Source: a bacterium (GTDB lineage Bacteria; UBP6; UBA1177). Taken from it: a DNA stretch of 64,000 nt. Position numbers and translations under genes: made by a program. The notes beneath the pieces were generated by a model. The model saw only the letters and a program-made list of their open reading frames with translations, was not told where the DNA came from and did no database searches. Position 1 is the stretch's first letter; each line of letters begins with the position of its first letter. Shown piece after piece: positions 8,078 to 14,675 of this stretch. The stretch covers positions 27,670 to 91,669 of the forward strand of contig JAEESW010000006.1 in the NCBI GenBank assembly GCA_016290135.1. The letters run 5' to 3'.

Positions 8078-9322
8078 TCACTCTTCCTTGTTCTTGAATG
8101 TGAAGGGATGGTTCACGAAAACTATGCCACCACCTCTCGGAGCAGGGAATTTGATTTTTTTTATTTGTTCAGCAACACAGTTTTCGACTTCGGCATTGCC
8201 AAGCGTAGTCCTCAGCACTTTAGAAGAACTGACGTCGCCGCTTGCAGAAATAATGAAGTTAACGAGGACTCTTCCTGCGAGTTTCGGATCTTTCGCAAGT
8301 TCTTTTTCATAACATTTATTTATTTCATCTTCGCTTTTTCTGATATACGAATCGATCGTGCAATTGTCTAAAGCAGCCATTATTACCGCAGTCTCCGGTG
8401 GAACGGATTCTTTTTTTAAATCCACTTCCGTCACGCATCTCGCATAAAATTTTCCGCTTTTTTTGTTGCTTCCGACCATCGCGCTGTAAAAAACGACGCC
8501 CCACGCGCTGTCCGGGTCGTCGGAAAGAGTTGATGACGACCAAAGAGAGACATTGTGTTCATCGCAGTTGGCACTGTAAAAACTCCCATTTGAGACCCTC
8601 TCGCAGCTGCACGAACCTTTCGGGTTTTTGCAATCCGATGAAAGACATCCGTTTTTCTCACAGACTCTGCACTCGCCGCCGGACTCGGTTTTTGAGCATC
8701 CGATTATCCCTTTTCTCAATACATCGATATTCGGAAGATGCCAATCGGTCAAACCTTTTTCCGACAGATTTTCGCAGTAGTTCACAGCATCGTTCCAAGT
8801 CATTTTTTCTGGAGAACGGTCGGACCAAAGCAGGACTGTTTTATTATTATCCGAAACTTTTTCCTCAACCACCGCGTTTCTGAATACAAAAGAATAATTG
8901 TAAACAACAGTACTTGCGTCTTTCGAAACAGGAAATTTGATTTTGCCTACCTGATCTGCGACACACTTTTCGACACCAGAATCATTCATCGTTGTTGACA
9001 CGACCTTTGATTCACTGACATCTCCCGTTGACTGAATAACGAAGTCGAGAACGATTATTCCGGCGATTTCAGGATGTTTACGAACTCCGTTTTCATAGCA
9101 AAATCTGAGCTTTGGCAGAATTTTCCTGACATGCTCCTCTATTACTTTTTTATCAAGGGCTCCATTTACCGTAGCTGTATGCGGGTTTTCTGCAGTTGTC
9201 AATCCTCTTGCTACAATTTTGCCGCTGGTTTCTGCTTTTTCTTCCTTCTTTTCACTCTCTGCCGAAGCACAGCCGTAAAGAAACGCCGCAGTTATGAAAA
9301 GTAAAAACAGAATTTTTTTCAT
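8078..9322 (-). CDS. lipoprotein with an AgmX/PglI-C-like domain, a Fib_succ_major domain and a second AgmX/PglI-C-like domain
   Basis: MKKILFLLFITAAFLYGCAS is a lipobox. The N-terminal domain reads LRFCYENGVRKHPEIAGIIVLDFVIQSTGDVS...KCVADQVGKIKFPVSK...YNYSFVF. The middle reads MTWNDAVNYCENLSEKGLTDWHLPNIDVLRK...FYARCVTE. The C-terminus reads CYEKELAKDPKLAGRVLVNF...FPAPRGGGIVFVNHPFTF. The last ~260 aa are about 85% identical to 5509..6450. Confidence 0.7.
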   Translation of the reverse strand: MKKILFLLFITAAFLYGCASAESEKKEEKAETSGKIVARGLTTAENPHTATVNGALDKKVIEEHVRKILPKLRFCYENGVRKHPEIAGIIVLDFVIQSTGDVSESKVVSTTMNDSGVEKCVADQVGKIKFPVSKDASTVVYNYSFVFRNAVVEEKVSDNNKTVLLWSDRSPEKMTWNDAVNYCENLSEKGLTDWHLPNIDVLRKGIIGCSKTESGGECRVCEKNGCLSSDCKNPKGSCSCERVSNGSFYSANCDEHNVSLWSSSTLSDDPDSAWGVVFYSAMVGSNKKSGKFYARCVTEVDLKKESVPPETAVIMAALDNCTIDSYIRKSEDEINKCYEKELAKDPKLAGRVLVNFIISASGDVSSSKVLRTTLGNAEVENCVAEQIKKIKFPAPRGGGIVFVNHPFTFKNKEE

Positions 9323-9332
9323 TGGTTCACCC

Positions 9333-10058
9333 CTATTCCAAATTCAGCCTGTGTTTCAGTATAAAGTATGTCGCAACGCCGTAAATTGCGGAAAAAGCCA
9401 ACAAAATTAACGACATAGCACGAGCGTCGTGATATTTAACTATTTTGACGACACTGTCAAATACATCTGCCGAAATCCTGAAAGTCGCGCTCAGAATCAT
9501 AACGACCGTAACAACCATCGCGATCTTTCTATGTTTTTTTGCAAGATGCCCCACCGCATTCACAAGGTATGCAAACAAAACGACAGTTATGAAAATTGAT
9601 GCGAGCAGCAGCCAGTTCTCAAACTCATAGTCATATTTTTTTGCTATACCGGCAATAATCATAGACAAAAATCCACACACCAGACAGACAGGGATCCATG
9701 CAACAACCGATAAAATCCGTCCCCAGAGATGTTCACCGACCGTAACCGGAAGCATAAGGTTAAGGTAAGCTTCATCTCCCAGAAGACCTGTTTTGAAACG
9801 CCGGATAAAAACAGCTGCGGAAACAACTCCGGAAGTAACCAGAATCACAGAGTAAAGTATCATAAAAATCCCGGATATGCTGTCAAAAGCACTGTCCAGT
9901 CCCTCAAATCCGTCTAAAAAAAACATCCGGCAGATCAATGCTACAAAAACAGTGGTGACATAGATCGGCAGAAGGATACGCGCCGTATTTTTCATTTCAT
10001 ATTTGAATACCTTCAAAATCCAGGGGAAAGGATTCCTGACCGACTTTGTTTTTTCCAT
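9333..10058 (-). CDS. polytopic membrane protein, probably the permease partner of the adjacent ABC ATPase
   Basis: The ORF is 241 aa with about 6 hydrophobic segments. It sits 11 nt downstream of the ABC ATP-binding gene. Confidence 0.55.
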   Translation of the reverse strand: MEKTKSVRNPFPWILKVFKYEMKNTARILLPIYVTTVFVALICRMFFLDGFEGLDSAFDSISGIFMILYSVILVTSGVVSAAVFIRRFKTGLLGDEAYLNLMLPVTVGEHLWGRILSVVAWIPVCLVCGFLSMIIAGIAKKYDYEFENWLLLASIFITVVLFAYLVNAVGHLAKKHRKIAMVVTVVMILSATFRISADVFDSVVKIVKYHDARAMSLILLAFSAIYGVATYFILKHRLNLE

Positions 10059-10069
10059 AGAAATCCTCC

Positions 10070-10777
10070 TTAACTCTGCCTTAACTTGAAATCTTCGCGG
10101 AAAAGCGCGTCTATCGACATTCCCGTTTCTGTGCGTATTTTGTCAGTTTCACCCTGACGGATCAGCCGGCCATCATGAAGAAACAGCACATAATTCAAAA
10201 ACGGTTCGATATCGCTGATAAGATGAGTCGAAATAATTACGGTTGCATCTTTGTCACGGTTGGCAATTATCGTTTCAAGAATGTAATCCCGCGCCGCCGG
10301 ATCAACGCCGCCGATCGGCTCGTCAAGCATGTAAAGCTTAACATCGCGGCTCATCGTAAGAATCAGCTGCACCTTTTCCTTGTTTCCTTTTGAAAGGCTT
10401 TTGAGCTTGCTATCAAGCTCTATATTCAGATCTTTCAGCATTTCATGCGCCCTGTCAGTGCGGAAATCATGATAGAAATCAGACATCATTTTTACAAGGT
10501 CGCCGACCGTCATCCAATCGTTCAGATAAACGCGGTCAGGCTGATAGGCAGACGCTTCCTTAGATTCGACTCCGGGATCAAAACCGCATACCGTGATATA
10601 ACCTTCTGTCGGCTGCAAAAGACCTGCGGCAAGTTTGAGAAGCGTTGTCTTTCCGCTGCCGTTAGGACCGAGCAGACCGACGATCGTACCTTTCGGAACA
10701 GAGAGACTGATCCCGTCCAAAGCGGTTTTTGAGAGATACTTTTTTGTCAGATCGAAACACTCTAAAACCGAATCCAT
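10070..10777 (-). CDS. ABC transporter ATP-binding protein
   Basis: Walker A is GPNGSGKTTLLKL. The ABC signature is LSKGNKEKVQL. Walker B is LYMLDEPIGGVD. The H-loop is STHL. Confidence 0.85.
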   Translation of the reverse strand: MDSVLECFDLTKKYLSKTALDGISLSVPKGTIVGLLGPNGSGKTTLLKLAAGLLQPTEGYITVCGFDPGVESKEASAYQPDRVYLNDWMTVGDLVKMMSDFYHDFRTDRAHEMLKDLNIELDSKLKSLSKGNKEKVQLILTMSRDVKLYMLDEPIGGVDPAARDYILETIIANRDKDATVIISTHLISDIEPFLNYVLFLHDGRLIRQGETDKIRTETGMSIDALFREDFKLRQS

Positions 10778-10861
10778 CTATCTTCCTCCAAGCAATTTTT
10801 TCATGATTTCACCCTTCAAGCAACAATGATTTTAGCAATATAATATGCATCGTTCTTGATG

Positions 10862-11338
10862 CTATCCATATATTTTCACTCCGTATCTCAAGATTTCATT
10901 CAGAAGATCGCTGTTTCCGTTCAGCTGCTGCACATTGAGCAGATCGACATTTTTTTTCAAAGCGTTTTTAAGCTTTTCCACTATGCCGTAAAACTTCAGT
11001 CCGCTCACTTCCGATGAAATGAGAAGATCGACATCGCTGGTTTCTGAAGCAGAACCTTTGGCATAAGACCCGAACAGATAGCAGTATTTGACACCGTATT
11101 CCGGCAGCACATTGAGACATGCATCACGAATCTCGTCGACATCCAAAACGCCGTGAGTTTCGTCAACAAAAATAAGCTTTTGCAGTTGCTCAACCATGTA
11201 GGCATACTTGATTGAAGAAACTTTTTCAGGATCATTTTCGTAAGTTTTGTAGGTCCGAAGCGAAACTTTGAGATAATCAGACGCTTCCTTCTGAGTCATA
11301 CGACTTTTTAACCTAAGTTCTTTCAAAGAGTTTTCCAT
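10862..11338 (-). CDS. fusion of an XRE-family HTH to a minimal nucleotidyltransferase (MNT-type)
   Basis: The likely start is MENSLKELRLKSRMTQKEASDYLKVSLRTYKTYEN, which is the HTH. An AGGTGG RBS lies just upstream. The C-terminal half reads GVKYCYLFGSYAKGSASETSDVDLLI, which matches the G[SG]x9-13Dx[DE] NTase motif. Confidence 0.7.
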   Translation of the reverse strand: MENSLKELRLKSRMTQKEASDYLKVSLRTYKTYENDPEKVSSIKYAYMVEQLQKLIFVDETHGVLDVDEIRDACLNVLPEYGVKYCYLFGSYAKGSASETSDVDLLISSEVSGLKFYGIVEKLKNALKKNVDLLNVQQLNGNSDLLNEILRYGVKIYG

Positions 11339-11366
11339 TTCACCACCTCGCATAGAAAGAATACTC

Positions 11367-11470
11367 CACTTTGCACCTTTGTCAAGATAGAAAGTGCAAA
11401 AATTCGCATCTTTTTGATGCCTATAGTGCAAAAATTGCACTTTGAAGAAATTTTGAGTGCAAAACTCGCG
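11367..11470. promoter_or_regulatory. candidate operator cluster: five GTGCAAA half-sites including a perfect 17-bp palindrome AGTGCAAAAATTGCACT
   Basis: AGTGCAAAA occurs at about 11393, 11425 and 11456. The inverted half-site TTGCAC(T) occurs at about 11372 and 11435. All lie directly upstream of the HTH-NTase gene start on the minus strand. Confidence 0.4.
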
Positions 11471-11527
11471 TTATCCGCCAGTTAAACCGGTAGATTTTGT
11501 GATTTTGTGAAAAGTTTACGGGTTAAC
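11469..11527. repeat. ~58-nt intergenic repeat element, copy B (GTTATCCGCCAGTTAAACCGGTAGATTTTGTGATTTTGTGAAAAGTTTACGGGTTAA)
   Basis: It is near-identical (about 2 mismatches) to 34466..34525 and partially similar to 7913..7960. Confidence 0.55.
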
Positions 11528-11528
11528 A

Positions 11529-11562
11529 CCTCCGCAGATTCAGTTTCCCGAACCTGCGGAGG
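11529..11562. other. perfect 9-bp inverted repeat CCTCCGCAG-N16-CTGCGGAGG (hairpin)
   Basis: Read directly from the sequence. It lies between repeat copy B and the 3' end of the minus-strand gene 11597..12268. No T-tract follows on either strand. Confidence 0.35.
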
Positions 11563-11596
11563 ATGTTTGAAGTGTCTGTCTGCCTACACGACCTAC

Positions 11597-12268
11597 CTAC
11601 CTCACACAACGAACATAGTGATCGTTACCTGTATGATTGCTGGCCACAACCCCGCATTCAAAATCCACGTACCACTTGTAATATTTTTCACCTGATACAC
11701 CAGAGGAAGACCAAAGTATGATTGCCCCGTCACCTAGTCTGCTGTATCTGCCGTCGCTGTAGTCAGACCCCCAGCCCCCAATCGAACAATATTTATGTTT
11801 ATCGTTTGGATCCTCCGTGCCTGCCTGTGTGCAAGTCGAACAACTCCAACACTCCAAAGACAAGCAGTTGTTTCTCTCGCTTAACTGGCATCTGTTTGAG
11901 ACCCTGTCCGCTATCAAAAGTGTTCTCAGTTCATCAATATTCGGCAATCTCCAGTCAGAATAGCCGCCCTCCGTGAGATTTGAGCAATAGCTTTTTGCTG
12001 CGCTCCATTTCATTTTACCGGAACGTTTTGACCACTGCAATTCTTTATTTTGAGGTCTTTTATTTAAATCTTTAATTTCTGATTCTGCTTCAAAAGCACA
12101 CATTCCTTGAGGGAACTGTCTCAGATAATCCTGCCAAACTTCAACAGTTCCTTTCTTTCTTGCATAATCACACGCCTGTTGATCCTGAACATTTTTTGAT
12201 GTTCGCGCAAAAACAATCAGTGTTGCAAATAAAATTGCAAAAAGCGTTAAAATAACAGATTTTTTCAT
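11597..12268 (-). CDS. secreted Fib_succ_major-domain protein with one N-terminal two-Cys motif
   Basis: The start is MKKSVILTLFAILFATLIVFA. It contains DQQACDYARKKGTVEVWQDYLRQFPQGMCAFEAESE and ...SDWRLPNIDELRTLL...HYVRCVR. Confidence 0.75.
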   Translation of the reverse strand: MKKSVILTLFAILFATLIVFARTSKNVQDQQACDYARKKGTVEVWQDYLRQFPQGMCAFEAESEIKDLNKRPQNKELQWSKRSGKMKWSAAKSYCSNLTEGGYSDWRLPNIDELRTLLIADRVSNRCQLSERNNCLSLECWSCSTCTQAGTEDPNDKHKYCSIGGWGSDYSDGRYSRLGDGAIILWSSSGVSGEKYYKWYVDFECGVVASNHTGNDHYVRCVR

Positions 12269-12292
12269 TACAATTCTCCTATTTTGAAACAA

Positions 12293-13357
12293 TTATCTTA
12301 CACATCTTACGGTTACAACACAAGTGTTATACAATTCTTCGCAATTTTCCTCGTACTTATAGGCTACAGATATTTCGGCACTTGAGAAAGAGATATACCA
12401 CGCATAATCAGAATCTTCATCAACATTTGATGATGACCAAAGAATATCGCTATCTCCTAATTTACTGAATCCACCGTATCCGCATCCCATGCATTCTGTG
12501 ACATAGAGCTGAGATAAAACACCGCCTGCCTCGCTTATCGGGCATTCTCCGCCGGTTTCATTTTCCGGGCAATTTTTGACAAGTGTTCTGAGTTCATCAA
12601 TATCCGGAACACGCCAGTTACTGAATCCGCCTTTATAAAGTTCAGAACAATAATCAACTGCCGCTTCCCAACTCATGGTATAATAAGCTTTATCCGACCA
12701 CATGAGTCCGCTTGAAGAATCTTTGCATGGAGCCGAACTTATCGAACTACATTCAGGAATTCCGGAAGAAGGTGTCTGATCTTCATCGTCTGAGCCATTC
12801 GGCAATGTTGTGTTGCATTTACCTGTTGATTCGTCACAACCGTATTGATGGCACACATCAACTATATCACACGATTCCATTGAACAATAATATGAATCCC
12901 CGTCAATGCATTTATAATACCAGCCAGAGTCGCATTGGTTCGTAGAGGGATTACAGCCGTGTGGACATGATTCCTGTTCCCAGTGGCCATCTACACACCA
13001 ATAAGCCACACTATCGTCGCAACCGTATTGACCGTGAACACAGTCATTGTAACTCAAACCTTTGCATTTGCCGGTAGACTTATCACAACCGTCGGAACAC
13101 TTGGCTGATTCCCACCAGACTCCGTCCAAGCAGTAGAAAGATACGTTATCTCCGCATTCGTGTTGAAAATCTGCACACGGACCATTACAGTATCCATCAC
13201 TGCAACCGTTAGAACAATATTCATCGAACTCCCATTCTCCGGATTCCGAACAAGTGTAAACATGACCTCCATCACATTTGTGGCTACCGGTTTCACAACA
13301 ACCAACACTCAAAAACATTGCGACACATGTTACGATTAGAATAAAAAGTTTTTTCAT
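12293..13357 (-). CDS. lipoprotein with an N-terminal Cys-rich repeat region and a C-terminal Fib_succ_major domain
   Basis: FLSVGCC is a lipobox. About 190 aa carry repeated C..G.C / DGHW..ESC modules. The C-terminus reads SNWRVPDIDELRTLVKNC...VTVRCVR. Confidence 0.75.
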   Translation of the reverse strand: MKKLFILIVTCVAMFLSVGCCETGSHKCDGGHVYTCSESGEWEFDEYCSNGCSDGYCNGPCADFQHECGDNVSFYCLDGVWWESAKCSDGCDKSTGKCKGLSYNDCVHGQYGCDDSVAYWCVDGHWEQESCPHGCNPSTNQCDSGWYYKCIDGDSYYCSMESCDIVDVCHQYGCDESTGKCNTTLPNGSDDEDQTPSSGIPECSSISSAPCKDSSSGLMWSDKAYYTMSWEAAVDYCSELYKGGFSNWRVPDIDELRTLVKNCPENETGGECPISEAGGVLSQLYVTECMGCGYGGFSKLGDSDILWSSSNVDEDSDYAWYISFSSAEISVAYKYEENCEELYNTCVVTVRCVR

Positions 13358-13392
13358 TTTTTCTCCTTAAAGCATATTTGTCCTATTTCACA

Positions 13393-14013
13393 TCATCTCA
13401 CACAGCGGACGAGATTATCCCCTGTCTTGTCATCAGCAACTATTGCCCCATGCTCAAAGTGTACAAGAAATGCTTTTTCATAAAAACCCTGCACAACGGA
13501 AGAAGACCATAATTTGTTTTGAGGATCGCCCAATTTACTGTAGTAGCCCAAGATCTCACCATAACCATGACACTTACAATTATCGGGATTCCAACAATTT
13601 GCTGCCAAGCAATGTTTTGAGATTTTGCAGGAACCGCCTGGCTCTGTTTGCGGACAATTTTTTATGAGAGTTCGCAATTCATCAATGGTTGGGAGTCTCC
13701 AAGTTTTATATCCGTCTTCCGTCAGATTCTGGCAATAATTTACAGCTGCATTCCAATTCATTCTCTCGACCGGCATTTTAGACCAATGTAGACTCCCTAT
13801 GACTCCTCCAGGCAAACCAGATGCTTTTAATTCTGATTCAGCTTCGAAACGACACATTCCATTGTGAAATTTGTCTAAGTATTCTAACCAGATTTTTGCA
13901 CTTTTTTTCTTTCTGGCATATTCGCAAGCCTGCTGATCCTGAATGTTTCCTGCCTGCCCGAAAACCGTCAATGCTACAAATAAGATCACAAATAAAAACA
14001 TAAATTTTTTCAT
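13393..14013 (-). CDS. secreted Fib_succ_major-domain protein
   Basis: The start is MKKFMFLFVILFVALTVFGQ. It contains the two-Cys motif DQQACEYARKKKSAKIWLEYLDKFHNGMCRFEAESE and KTWRLPTIDELRTLIKNC...LVRCVR. Confidence 0.75.
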   Translation of the reverse strand: MKKFMFLFVILFVALTVFGQAGNIQDQQACEYARKKKSAKIWLEYLDKFHNGMCRFEAESELKASGLPGGVIGSLHWSKMPVERMNWNAAVNYCQNLTEDGYKTWRLPTIDELRTLIKNCPQTEPGGSCKISKHCLAANCWNPDNCKCHGYGEILGYYSKLGDPQNKLWSSSVVQGFYEKAFLVHFEHGAIVADDKTGDNLVRCVR

Positions 14014-14034
14014 AATAAACCTCCCCAAAAAACC

Positions 14035-14652
14035 TTATCTAACACAGCGGACATGACACCCGTTAAAGTTTCCGCCGAATGAGCTAATAATAGCGCCGGA
14101 AAAACCTACACGCCATGCTTTTTTGTTTAGCGTACAAAGAGAAGATGACCAAAGCCATACATTGTCATCATCACCAAGCTTGCTGTAATAACCGCCGTTG
14201 TTGAATTTGCTGTCACAAGAACAGCCTTTGGTTCCGCCACAACTAGGAGACAAACAACGGTCTGACACTCCGCATGAGGAACCACCGGACTGACAGTTCT
14301 GTATAGTTGTTTTAAGTTCGCTGATTGTAGGCAGACGCCAGTCGGAGAATCCTCCTTCCGTCAGGTTTTGGCAGTAGCTTTGCGCACTTTCCCAATTCAT
14401 CTCTTGTGGTGAACGGTCTGACCAATATAAATTTCCAATTCTGTTTGTTTTGCTTTGAAGTTTTTTTACTTCCGATTTTGCTTCGAAAGAACAGATACCG
14501 TTCGGGAATTGTTTCAAATAATCCCGCCAGATTTCAGCACTTTTGTTTCTTCTTGCATATTCACAAGCCTGCTGATCCTGAATGCTGGCTGTCTGACCGA
14601 AAACAGCCAATGTTGCGAAAAGAGCAACAAACAAAAAAACAACTTTGTTCAT
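14035..14652 (-). CDS. secreted Fib_succ_major-domain protein
   Basis: The start is MNKVVFLFVALFATLAVFGQ. It contains DQQACEYARRNKSAEIWRDYLKQFPNGICSFEAKSE and SDWRLPTISELKTTIQNC...HVRCVR. Confidence 0.75.
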   Translation of the reverse strand: MNKVVFLFVALFATLAVFGQTASIQDQQACEYARRNKSAEIWRDYLKQFPNGICSFEAKSEVKKLQSKTNRIGNLYWSDRSPQEMNWESAQSYCQNLTEGGFSDWRLPTISELKTTIQNCQSGGSSCGVSDRCLSPSCGGTKGCSCDSKFNNGGYYSKLGDDDNVWLWSSSLCTLNKKAWRVGFSGAIISSFGGNFNGCHVRCVR

Positions 14653-14675
14653 GACTAAACCTCCTTTTTAATCCT

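Noticed and set aside
11529-11562. Whether the 9-bp inverted repeat is an intrinsic terminator
   Set aside because: The stem is GC-rich, but it is not followed by a U-tract on either strand. I therefore left it as an unexplained hairpin next to repeat copy B rather than a terminator call.
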